A DNA stretch of 64,000 bases, from assembly GCA_040217195.1 (NCBI GenBank), contig JAVJNR010000004.1:256001-320000 (forward strand), written 5' to 3'. This document shows positions 40,708 to 49,713 of the stretch, in pieces (the stretch's first letter is position 1; each line of letters opens with the position of its first letter). This DNA is from Leptospiraceae bacterium. Its GTDB lineage: Bacteria > Spirochaetota > Leptospiria > Leptospirales > Leptonemataceae. Under the pieces are notes generated by a model. That model was not told where the DNA came from, did no database searches, and worked only from the letters and a program-made list of their open reading frames with translations. Both the position numbers and the translations under genes were made by a program.

Positions 40708-41181
40708 TTGCTTTCGTACAGCCGTTTGAGCCCAATATTTTACACTCTACGCCAGATAGGCCGTCCAGGAACTCCACGAGTTGCCTGGTTCATGAGCATT
40801 GTGTCTCTGGCCTTGCTGATCCTGGTGAGTCCTGCCGGAGCCCAGCCAGATTCTGATCTGGAGCAAGAAGATTGGCGGATTGTGGCCCGGGGCCAGCCGC
40901 TGAAAATGCCCGGCTATGACCTGTTCAGCGTAAAGGTTGTGAATGAATCCGACCAGGATCGAAGCCTACTGGGCTTGATTCATCTGGCCGGTCGGTCCGA
41001 TTCCGGGAATCCAAAAACGACCGCCAAATGCCAGTTTTTTGCCTCCGTGCCTGCGGGCAAGTCTGTTGAGATTCAGGTTCCCTGTAAATGGGAGTCCGAA
41101 AAAGGAAAACAGGCAGATTCCATTGAAATAGAAATAGAGAAGACGTATCCGTTCCTATTGGAAAGCGAAGACGACCAGTAG
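40708..41181 (+). CDS. exported hypothetical protein
   Basis: Hydrophobic signal ending AGA-Q; beta-rich body with two Cys. Start uncertain (possibly 40792). Confidence 0.6.
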   Translation: MLSYSRLSPIFYTLRQIGRPGTPRVAWFMSIVSLALLILVSPAGAQPDSDLEQEDWRIVARGQPLKMPGYDLFSVKVVNESDQDRSLLGLIHLAGRSDSGNPKTTAKCQFFASVPAGKSVEIQVPCKWESEKGKQADSIEIEIEKTYPFLLESEDDQ

Positions 41182-41360
41182 CAGAACTGACTCTGAGCTT
41201 GAATGCTGGACCGAAAATTTGCCAGCCCTCCACTGCTTTATTCTGGCTAATCGACTTCGCTTCCATCGACCAGAAATAATTGTCCCGCGCGCAACCATGC
41301 CTGCGGGACTCGATCTGGAATGGACATTTCACGATCGGCTAATCGGGCCTATGCGACGTC

Positions 41361-41645
41361 CTATTTGATCCTATCCGGAGTTACCCATTCATCCCAGGAA
41401 TCGCTCCAACCGGTGTAATGGATAAAGTACTGGCTACAGTCATCCTTTACTTTAAGGATTTGAGCTTCGTACCATTTACCTTTCCATTGAACCTGTACCG
41501 TCTGGGCCACATCGTAATCGCATTCGGCGGTATTCATTGGCGCTGGAGCCTTTGGGCCGGGAGTCAATTGCGCTGGATAGGCAATAGCCACAGAAAAGGC
41601 TCCCAGAGTTAAACCAAAGGTCAGAAGTAAGCGAGTTAAATTCAT
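41361..41645 (-). CDS. secreted Tudor-knot/chromo-barrel domain protein
   Basis: Signal peptide, then [10 protein letters not shown]...[23 protein letters not shown] and a TTGCAT-N17-GATAAT promoter upstream. Confidence 0.85.
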   Translation of the reverse strand: MNLTRLLLTFGLTLGAFSVAIAYPAQLTPGPKAPAPMNTAECDYDVAQTVQVQWKGKWYEAQILKVKDDCSQYFIHYTGWSDSWDEWVTPDRIK

Positions 41646-41785
41646 AAAAAGTCCCCCATTTCAGGCCCTTGATTATCCCGGTCCATCCAGGCACATGCAA
41701 GATCTTTTTTTGGCATTGAACTAACCTATTCAAGCTATCAGAAAGGACTATGCATCCAGCTGTACGGGGCTCCTTGTTGCGGGTT

Positions 41786-42358
41786 TCAAATACCGCTGGA
41801 AATATGCACGACAAGGATTCGAATACCAATACCCAGAAGGATGAGCCCGCCCAGAACGGCTGCGTATCGATCCAGCCGGCGGCCCAGAATGACCTTTCCC
41901 AGCAGAACACCTACCAGGCTCATTATGGCAGCCACAACGCCAATAAAGATAACAGGTATTAGGATGCCTGAATACAGAACGGAAAAACTCAGGCCGGCTG
42001 CCAGAGCATCAATACTGGTTGCAATAGATAGAACGAGAAGACCCTTCCAGGTTAGAACTCGACCGGTGTCGTCCTCAGGATTCTCCCCCTCCCATGCTTC
42101 GTGAAACAGCTTCAATGAAATAAGAGCAAGAAGAATGAAAGCAACCCAGTGATCGAAGGGAGCTAGAAATTCTGTGAATGCTTTGCCGCCCATCCAGCCC
42201 ATCAAAGGCATTAGACCCTGGAAGAATCCAAAGAGACAGGCCATTCGCAAGGCCTGGGCGACGGACATTATTTTCCTTCCCAGGCTTGCGGCGAAGGCCA
42301 CAGAAAAACAATCCATAGCCAGTCCGAAGGAAATCATAGCGATATCAAGTAGGTCCAA
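41786..42358 (-). CDS. mntP: manganese efflux pump MntP family
   Basis: GLAMDCFSV, FQGLMP, DHW, IATSIDALAAG. Probable TTG start at 42358. Confidence 0.92.
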   Translation of the reverse strand: MDLLDIAMISFGLAMDCFSVAFAASLGRKIMSVAQALRMACLFGFFQGLMPLMGWMGGKAFTEFLAPFDHWVAFILLALISLKLFHEAWEGENPEDDTGRVLTWKGLLVLSIATSIDALAAGLSFSVLYSGILIPVIFIGVVAAIMSLVGVLLGKVILGRRLDRYAAVLGGLILLGIGIRILVVHISSGI

Positions 42359-42639
42359 CTCAACCAACGAAGGCAGCACCAACCTCTGGAGCAAGAAATT
42401 TGCTGCAGAGACACCACTTCTGGTTCCATGGCAACTTGAACGGTCATGCAGCCAGATTCACTGAAAATCCAGGACCAGAGAGCTTTCATTTTTCGAAACA
42501 GCCGACTACAAAGAAGTTGACCTGGTCAGACTTACACTGCAAGCTCTTGCGATCTGTTATCCGGAAGGCCTGTTCGCTTTAGGCCTCGCCGCATACAATT
42601 TTCCAACGGACTTAAAGAGACTAATAGGGGACCTCTTCC

Positions 42640-43341
42640 ATGGACCATTCCAACGAAGAACTGCGTAGAATTGCTAGAATTACAGGTTTTTTCTATCTGC
42701 TAATCATAGTTTGCGGTATGTTCGCAGAGGGGGCCGTCCGGGCTGAAATAATCACTTCAGGTAGCCCATCGGAAACTGCTAGAGCAATCATTACAAAGCA
42801 GGGTCTGTTTCGCCTGGGAATTCTGGCTGACCTGGTGATGATAGTTTGCGATGTACTGGTGGCTCTGGGATTCTACGCTTTACTAAAATCAGTTAGCCCT
42901 ACTCTGTCTCTACTGGCCGCCTTCTTTCGACTGACTCAGGCAGCCATTCTGGGATTGAACCTAATTTTTCTCTGGCTTGCATTGACGACACTTACCGGAA
43001 ACGGCCTTTCCGAAAGCTTTCTATCTGGCTCTTCAGACCTGGCCTATCTGTTTATGCAGGCCCATGCCACCGGATATAAACTGGCTCTGGTCCTATTCGC
43101 CGGTAGCCTGATCGTTCAATCCTGGCTTTTCTATCGATCCAGGCTATTTCCTTCCTGGATTGCTGTGTTGATTCTTATTGCAGCTTTTGGTTATTTAACG
43201 GATACAGTAGCTACTATCGCATTGAGCGACTATGCAGCGAAAGCGGATCTCTTTGAAATGATTGTAATCGTTTCCGCTCTGGCCGGGGAAATACCACTTT
43301 GCCTCTGGCTACTGATCAAAGGAGTGCGAACCGCAAGCTGA
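42640..43341 (+). CDS. DUF4386-like membrane protein
   Basis: ARITGFFYL, FRLG, C-terminal GEIPLCLWLLIKG; about six TM segments. Confidence 0.8.
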   Translation: MDHSNEELRRIARITGFFYLLIIVCGMFAEGAVRAEIITSGSPSETARAIITKQGLFRLGILADLVMIVCDVLVALGFYALLKSVSPTLSLLAAFFRLTQAAILGLNLIFLWLALTTLTGNGLSESFLSGSSDLAYLFMQAHATGYKLALVLFAGSLIVQSWLFYRSRLFPSWIAVLILIAAFGYLTDTVATIALSDYAAKADLFEMIVIVSALAGEIPLCLWLLIKGVRTAS

Positions 43342-43379
43342 GATTAGTCAGACATTTTGCATTACGAATGGTTTCTTAT

Positions 43380-43787
43380 TCAGGGATCAGTTTCCGAATC
43401 CAGGACGATTACCTCTTCATTGCATTCGGGAAGGGCTTGCTTACCCCGTCCATTTTCATTGCGCAGAATCAACACTCCAGCCGATGCATCATAGTTGGCG
43501 GAAGCAACATCACCGAAATAGATCCAGTTCTCCGTGGGCTCTGCCTTTCCCCTATACTCCGTATTTCCACTTCTCAAGCGATACATTATGCCTTTGGCCG
43601 ATTCTTCAATTTGCAGGGATATTTCGCACTGGCTATCGTCTCCCTGCTTCCAGTCACCGATATACCGCTGATCCAGAGACACTGGCTGTGGAGCGAGGGG
43701 CGTTTCACGGTCTGACTGAGGCCCTCCGCCGAAAATAGAAGCACAAAAAGCAAGAATACAACCAAAAGGTCCGAAGGCATTCATCAA
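43380..43787 (-). CDS. hypothetical exported protein, paralog A
   Basis: Aligns by eye with 47416..47826. Confidence 0.75.
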   Translation of the reverse strand: MMNAFGPFGCILAFCASIFGGGPQSDRETPLAPQPVSLDQRYIGDWKQGDDSQCEISLQIEESAKGIMYRLRSGNTEYRGKAEPTENWIYFGDVASANYDASAGVLILRNENGRGKQALPECNEEVIVLDSETDP

Positions 43788-43924
43788 GATACAGGAGGTT
43801 TACGATCAAAGCTCAGTCAAGGATTTATGTTAAAGCGATGAGCTGGTGCCCATTGAAAGAGCTGAAGTTTGGAGATAACAACTTACCGGAGCAATCAGAT
43901 TAGATCGAATAGCACCTGGAGGCT

Positions 43925-45037
43925 TTAGCGGATCAACGACTGAAACGTAGTGAGCTCATCTCTGGCTTCAGCTATGCCTGCCGGGCCTTCAAAGCTGGGC
44001 TCATAGGTAAAGAAATCCGTAGTTCGCATCACGGCAGCATTACCGGAACTATTTTGGCCGGTAATGTAAAAGTAACCATCCGCAAAGGAAAGACTCTGGA
44101 TACTGGGAAGCGCAGTAGTGGGATCTACGCCTGTGGCAGACCAGTTCTGTCCATCTGTAGAAACCACGATCGATGGAGTGCCGCCACAGAATATGGCATA
44201 CATTCCCATACCGAAAGCCGCATGACTACAGCCAGTTCCTCCGGTAATTGCATGGGGATTCCAGGTGAGCCCACCGTCGGTTGAAAGCAGCACACGATTG
44301 TTCGGATTGTCGATCAGTACGGCCGTGTTTTCATTGACTGCCACGCCCCTTACATCGGGCACCGGTGCGGTGGATCCAACAGGATTGAAGGAACCATCGG
44401 TTTGACGACGATAGATGAATGTGCCGGCCGGAAACACTGCATGGAAGGCGCCTGCATAATGGAATATTAGACTCTGTCCCGTGGCAGAAATCGTACTGGC
44501 CGAGTAGTTCTCAGAACTCGATCTCTTGTAGTAAAAAGTAGGTAGAGTAGATACATCCGGAGTGAATCCTGCGTATTCGCCATCCGGAGATATCGCCGTG
44601 TCAGTAAAAGAGCCAATAGAGGGCGGAATAAATGGGGCAAGCCACCCGCTGTCAAGAGCAACGGAATCCACATAATAGGGAGCCCCATTATTACCGGCAG
44701 CAAAGATCGAATTGCTGTCCACAACGTGCACAGTAAGATACCCCACCGCTGGATCGCCCGGAATCACCTCTAAATAATTTGCGCCCCCATCCCTGGAAAC
44801 CCAGATCTGGCCGCCCGAGCCGGCGATGGCGATTACCTTTGTGGGCTGAAATAGAGCGGCCACCAGAGCACTATTGCATGCGCCGTCCGTCTCCAGACAG
44901 CGTAGCTCTGCGATATCACAGGAAGGCAGCAGTGCAAAGAGAACCAGCAGCGAAGAACAAAAAGAAGCAGCACCGGGACGGGTCCGCACCGTACTTTCCT
45001 CACTGAATTTTCCATTCTTAATTCTACGGCCGACCAT
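43925..45037 (-). CDS. BNR/Asp-box repeat beta-propeller lipoprotein
   Basis: LPSC lipobox; SRDGGANY, STDGGLTW and STDGQNW repeats. Confidence 0.75.
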   Translation of the reverse strand: MVGRRIKNGKFSEESTVRTRPGAASFCSSLLVLFALLPSCDIAELRCLETDGACNSALVAALFQPTKVIAIAGSGGQIWVSRDGGANYLEVIPGDPAVGYLTVHVVDSNSIFAAGNNGAPYYVDSVALDSGWLAPFIPPSIGSFTDTAISPDGEYAGFTPDVSTLPTFYYKRSSSENYSASTISATGQSLIFHYAGAFHAVFPAGTFIYRRQTDGSFNPVGSTAPVPDVRGVAVNENTAVLIDNPNNRVLLSTDGGLTWNPHAITGGTGCSHAAFGMGMYAIFCGGTPSIVVSTDGQNWSATGVDPTTALPSIQSLSFADGYFYITGQNSSGNAAVMRTTDFFTYEPSFEGPAGIAEARDELTTFQSLIR

Positions 45038-45232
45038 CTGCTTTGGATATATTCTGATCTACGTTTGGCCAGCGAAAAAAAGGCCCAGAAAACCATACGC
45101 AATAGCCTGGACAGTTTGGAAATTGAAAGTCTCCGATAAGGTCCGATTCAGCAGGTGACGAATAGTCCGGTCCATGACCTGATTTCGAATCTGGCCGATT
45201 CCGAGCATCGCTGTTAAGAGTGTATCATTCTG

Positions 45233-46279
45233 TCAGTTGCCTGTTGTATCGAATTGTATGATCCGCAAGCCAATGGCGGAGGTCCTGCCGTGTCCGGCAG
45301 CATTACTATTCCAGGGTCCCCACTGCAGGATTGGTCCGAAGTTCGCATATGATCCCCCTCTAACGATTCTAGAAGAGGCGGAGGTCGACGGCCGCTCTTC
45401 GTTCCATTCAAGAACATTTCCACACATATCGTACAAACCGAGTCCGTTTGCAGGTTTTGTTCCTACTGCCTGGGTTGAAGAGCCGCTGTTACCTGAGTAC
45501 CAGCACACTTCAGCCGTGGCAGTAGCGTTGTCTGTATCATCGGAGGCACCGCTTCCATAATTCCATGGATGGTACTCGTTCGCATCCAGAATATCGCCGT
45601 CATTGTTAGAATCTGCAACAAAGGTTGCTGCCAATCCCCAGGTTTTTGCCGGGGGAACTCTAAAGCCATTTGCATCGTTATCCACGTACGGATCCGCGCA
45701 ATTTCCCGGTGTCGCTATAGGACCATCGAGATTCGGGCAATCCCCTGTACGCACGGAACTTCGATGAAGTACAGTTAGACCTGCATCCTGATAGTACACA
45801 GGCTCCAGGTTTGTTCCCATTTCCTGGTTAAAATACTCCGTCAGCGCATTGCACCAGACCATGGAATCCCGCCAGTCTATGGTCGTAACCGGGTGTTGAT
45901 CCGTATCGCCGGAGCCGTCACCCATTGTTCCTGGATGCTCGAATGTATATCCATTGACAATGGCCCAGGAGTACACGGTATTCCAGAATTCGTAGGTAAC
46001 TTCAGTAGAGCCTATCCAGAAAGGATAGGGGACTGTGGATTCGACTGCACCGGTGCCAGAATAAAAAGTATATTGCTCTACATAAGTTACCTTATATTCC
46101 GCCCCTCCAAGAACGATGCTGCGGCTATCCCCGGTCTCGGCCGGCTGCGTAGCGCCCAGATTCGTGCCGGCCAGAGCGCCCAACAACAAAAGGTCTGAAC
46201 TCTCTGCATTTCCGTTCTGGGCGCAAGAAACAGTTATCGATAGTAAGAGCATGAGTCCATACGTTCCGCATATTTTCAT
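45233..46279 (-). CDS. FGE-sulfatase (SUMF1) domain lipoprotein
   Basis: TVSC lipobox; TEVTY, HPVT..W, N.LGLYDM.GNV.EW, RGGS, GLR. Confidence 0.9.
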   Translation of the reverse strand: MKICGTYGLMLLLSITVSCAQNGNAESSDLLLLGALAGTNLGATQPAETGDSRSIVLGGAEYKVTYVEQYTFYSGTGAVESTVPYPFWIGSTEVTYEFWNTVYSWAIVNGYTFEHPGTMGDGSGDTDQHPVTTIDWRDSMVWCNALTEYFNQEMGTNLEPVYYQDAGLTVLHRSSVRTGDCPNLDGPIATPGNCADPYVDNDANGFRVPPAKTWGLAATFVADSNNDGDILDANEYHPWNYGSGASDDTDNATATAEVCWYSGNSGSSTQAVGTKPANGLGLYDMCGNVLEWNEERPSTSASSRIVRGGSYANFGPILQWGPWNSNAAGHGRTSAIGLRIIQFDTTGN

Positions 46280-46398
46280 AGCCTATTGATCGATTTTCTG
46301 GCTCAAACTGTCCACTATAAAACTCAATATATATAAACTTTATGCACTACCAAACACAAAGTCCCAACATACATATCGCCCCCTGAACCGGGCCTGCT

Positions 46399-47340
46399 CT
46401 ATTGAAACAGCGAAAGTTCCAGGGATTCCGAAAGTAACTGAAGCATGCGCATACCTGCAACACTGTTTCCATGTTCAGCCAGTCGTGGCGAAAAGGCCGC
46501 AATGGACATACTACCAGGCACAATAGCAAGAATCCCTCCGCTCACGCCGCTTTTGCAGGGAATTCCGATTTCAATGGCCACCCGACCGGCATGGTCATAG
46601 GTACCACAGGTAGTCATGAGAGTCACGATGCTTCTACAGCTTTCTTCGTCCAGAATTCGAGCGCCGGTGACCGGATCCTTTCCTCGAAAGGCAAGAAACA
46701 ATCCCAGACGAGCCAGTTGACGGACGTTGACCAGAGTGGAGCAATGCATGAAATAAGACTCTACCGCTGTATCCACATCGTCGATCCAGCCGTACTGTTT
46801 TAGAAAATTGGCCATGGCGCGATTACGATAACCGGTATCCGATTCCGATCTATACGTAGCTTCATCTATCTGAAATGTATGTCCATCACTGACATTCCGC
46901 AGAAAATCCAGAAAAGCCTGGTATTTAGTTTGCGCATCCGGTCCTGGAATCATTGAGCTTACAGCAATGGCCCCAGTGTTGACGAATGGATTTCGCGGCT
47001 TACCCCTCTCGGATTCCAGAGGAAGCATAGAGAAAAACGGATTACCTGTAGGCTCATATCCAACAATATCATAAACAGATTTTCCTCGATGCTCCAGAGC
47101 AAGGGCAAGACTGAATACTTTGCTTACGCTTTGAACGGTAAATTCATGAGTATCATCGCCCGCCGAATATACATGACCCTGCCCATCGCATACAGCCAGA
47201 GCCATCAGATCAGGATTTACAGTGGCCAGTTCTGGAATGTAGGTTGCCACAGATCCAGAAGGTTGGTCGGATCTAGCGATGCGAAATGCATTCTGGACCT
47301 CGAATTCAAGATTCGGATTTGTTGGCTCCACTTTGTTCAT
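46399..47340 (-). CDS. glsA: glutaminase A
   Basis: YIPEL, QSVSK, NPFVNTGA, KSGVSGG, GNSVAG. Confidence 0.95.
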   Translation of the reverse strand: MNKVEPTNPNLEFEVQNAFRIARSDQPSGSVATYIPELATVNPDLMALAVCDGQGHVYSAGDDTHEFTVQSVSKVFSLALALEHRGKSVYDIVGYEPTGNPFFSMLPLESERGKPRNPFVNTGAIAVSSMIPGPDAQTKYQAFLDFLRNVSDGHTFQIDEATYRSESDTGYRNRAMANFLKQYGWIDDVDTAVESYFMHCSTLVNVRQLARLGLFLAFRGKDPVTGARILDEESCRSIVTLMTTCGTYDHAGRVAIEIGIPCKSGVSGGILAIVPGSMSIAAFSPRLAEHGNSVAGMRMLQLLSESLELSLFQ

Positions 47341-47415
47341 GAAACCCACGGTTGGTAGTCAAAAGCCTGCGTCAAGGCATGATTCTATGAAGAAAGGATG
47401 TGCTGAAGAGGATCA

Positions 47416-47826
47416 TTATTCTTTCTTCAAAGGAATGAGCCTTTCTGGAAGGCATTCAGGAAATGGTACCGGTCGCTCGTCCCGGGGCTCATTATTCAGT
47501 ATTATTGCTTTCGATTCCGAGTCATAAAGGGCTGAAGTCACATCACCCAGGAAAATAGAAGGATAGGACAGATTGGCCAGCCCGCCGTAGTCGGCTTCAC
47601 TACTTTTGAGATCAAACTCCAGGTACCCATCGTGGCCTATCTGAAACGATAAATGAATGGAACAATCCTCTCTTGCTTCATTTGTCCAGGTCCCTTCCAA
47701 TACCTGCTCCATGGAATGCGGCGGCGGTGCGTATTCCATTCCCTCATCGGCCGGCGCTCCACCAAAGAGCGATGCACAGAATGCAAGAATGCAGGCAAAT
47801 GAACTGGTAGGCTTTATTTCATCCAT
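47416..47826 (-). CDS. hypothetical exported protein, paralog B
   Basis: Shares CILAFCASxFGG, GxW, GDVxSAxYD, ILxNE and PEC with 43380..43787. Confidence 0.75.
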   Translation of the reverse strand: MDEIKPTSSFACILAFCASLFGGAPADEGMEYAPPPHSMEQVLEGTWTNEAREDCSIHLSFQIGHDGYLEFDLKSSEADYGGLANLSYPSIFLGDVTSALYDSESKAIILNNEPRDERPVPFPECLPERLIPLKKE

Positions 47827-48013
47827 GGTTGTTAGGAGCTCTGTGCTCACAGACAGGTCAAGCCGGACCTACTGTTCCGGGTACAGGCGTGCATTTCTTG
47901 GATTTCAGCCTCTTTTTTCTGGCTTCAGGCTGCTATTTTTGGCCAAGGAGCGGATTGAGCTGCACATAGCTATGGCAGATTTCGATCTTTCCGGGCCATA
48001 CGAGAAATCGAAC

Positions 48014-48982
48014 CTACAACCCGGCTCGCACCAGATCGTGAATTCGCAGTAGACCTACCGGATGTTTGTTTTCGTCGATTACAGGCAATACACTGATCTG
48101 CGAAGGCCTATCTTCCATAATACGAAGTGCATCCAGAGCCATGGTATCTCGAGTAATTGAAATTGGATTGGCAGTCATGATCTCTTTTAGATCTCTTTCA
48201 AGAACATTTCCGAATTTAAGGATGGCTCTGCGAAGATCGCCATCGGTAACAATGCCGATTACTTCATTCTTTTGATTTACGATCATTGCCCCGCCCTGGT
48301 TCGGTCGGGTAACAGCTTCCAGAAGTTCCGTCATAGATGCATTCTCGTCACAAACAGGCATGATTTCTGGAGTATCCAGCAAATCTTCTACCTTCAATAG
48401 AAGTCTCTTTCCCAGCTGACCGGCTGGATGATACAATGCAAAGTTCTCCGGCTGGAAGCCGCGTTTTTCCGAAATTGCAGTTGCCAGGGCATCGCCCACA
48501 ACAAGTGAAACTGTAGTAGAAGCAGTGGGAGCCAGGTCTAGAGAATCCGCTTCTCGACTGACGCTTGCGCGAATGATCACAGTGGACATTCTTCCTGCAG
48601 AGGAATCCGGATTACCCAGAAGAGAGATTACAGGATTGCCCATCTTGCGAATCACCTGCAGCATTTGCACCACCTCATCCGATTCGCCGCTTTTTGCCAG
48701 AAGCAACACCACATCATTGGACTGAACTACACCCAGATCGCCATGCAAAGATTCTCCTGGATGAAGAAAGAATGCAGGAGTTCCGGTGGATGAAAAAGTG
48801 GCTGCAAGTTTCTGTGCGATTAGGCCGGATTTGCCCATGCCGGAGCAGACGATCTTTCCCTTGCAGTTCAGAATTAGTTCGCAGGCTGCTTCCACAGAGG
48901 CCGGGTCAATCAGTTCTCCATTGGCCTGAAGTTCACTGATTTGCATGGAATAGCTATTATTAAAAAGTTCAAAAAAACTCAT
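48014..48982 (-). CDS. kdsD: arabinose 5-phosphate isomerase, KpsF/GutQ family (SIS plus two CBS)
   Basis: GMGKSG, STGTP, HGDLG, APTAST, HPAGQLG, TDGDLRR. Confidence 0.93.
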   Translation of the reverse strand: MSFFELFNNSYSMQISELQANGELIDPASVEAACELILNCKGKIVCSGMGKSGLIAQKLAATFSSTGTPAFFLHPGESLHGDLGVVQSNDVVLLLAKSGESDEVVQMLQVIRKMGNPVISLLGNPDSSAGRMSTVIIRASVSREADSLDLAPTASTTVSLVVGDALATAISEKRGFQPENFALYHPAGQLGKRLLLKVEDLLDTPEIMPVCDENASMTELLEAVTRPNQGGAMIVNQKNEVIGIVTDGDLRRAILKFGNVLERDLKEIMTANPISITRDTMALDALRIMEDRPSQISVLPVIDENKHPVGLLRIHDLVRAGL

Positions 48983-49569
48983 AGGTCTTCGAGCTCCAGG
49001 TCCATAGGATCAAATGTTGCCGACATTACATGGCCAATGCTTTTGAGCACAACATACACTGTGTTGCGGCTGTTGACCTTATTTACGATACCGGTTAAGC
49101 CCTTCATGGGACCGGATCTTACGCGAATAGGAGTTCCTTCAATGAAACCCAGGTAAGGATCCACACGAATGGACTCAGCATGATTCACCAGTAAACGAAT
49201 ATTCTCAATCATCTGGGGCATCAAAACCACTGCCTGCCCTTCTGAACGGACCATATGCACTGTGCCGGCTGCCTGGAGTGCACGAACCTTTTCCTTAATG
49301 TAATTGATATGAACGAAAATATAACTCTTGAATATAGGAGTTTCGATTACTTTGGTCCGGTCCGACCACTGGCGCTTTTCAGATATCAAAGGCAGATAGT
49401 TCTCAATGCCCAGCCGATTCAAAGCCAGCCCCAGTTTCTTCTCTGCACGGGCTTTAGTGTACAGAGCAAACCAGTCTTTGATTTCCGGATCGTTGTGCTC
49501 CTGCAGTCGTTCCCGGGCCTGGTCAGGATCCAGATGATCTTGTATTAGTTCCAGATTACTCTGGTGCAT
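48979..49569 (-). CDS. UpxY/RfaH-type NusG paralog, transcription antiterminator
   Basis: WFALYTKARAEKK, YLPL..RQWSDR.K...PIF.SYIFV, KOW motif VRSGPMKGLTG. Confidence 0.88.
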   Translation of the reverse strand: MHQSNLELIQDHLDPDQARERLQEHNDPEIKDWFALYTKARAEKKLGLALNRLGIENYLPLISEKRQWSDRTKVIETPIFKSYIFVHINYIKEKVRALQAAGTVHMVRSEGQAVVLMPQMIENIRLLVNHAESIRVDPYLGFIEGTPIRVRSGPMKGLTGIVNKVNSRNTVYVVLKSIGHVMSATFDPMDLELEDL

Positions 49570-49713
49570 ACTACCAGGCTACAAATGGCAGGCTCTCGGC
49601 CAAGTCAGAATTGGACTGATTTCCTTTCCGCCAGGGCCTGTCTGATTCCACCCTGTTTGAGCTCTGTTTGGCCCCATGCAAAAGGCGATTTTGGATGGAA
49701 AAGTAGATTTAGT

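Noticed and set aside
40700..48000. Prophage or genomic island
   Set aside because: The genes look accessory, but I see no integrase, transposase, tRNA, att repeats or obvious compositional shift.
49570..49713. ops/JUMPstart element before upxY
   Set aside because: Only partial matches (GGCGGAAAG, CTGGTAG), not the GGCGGTAG consensus.
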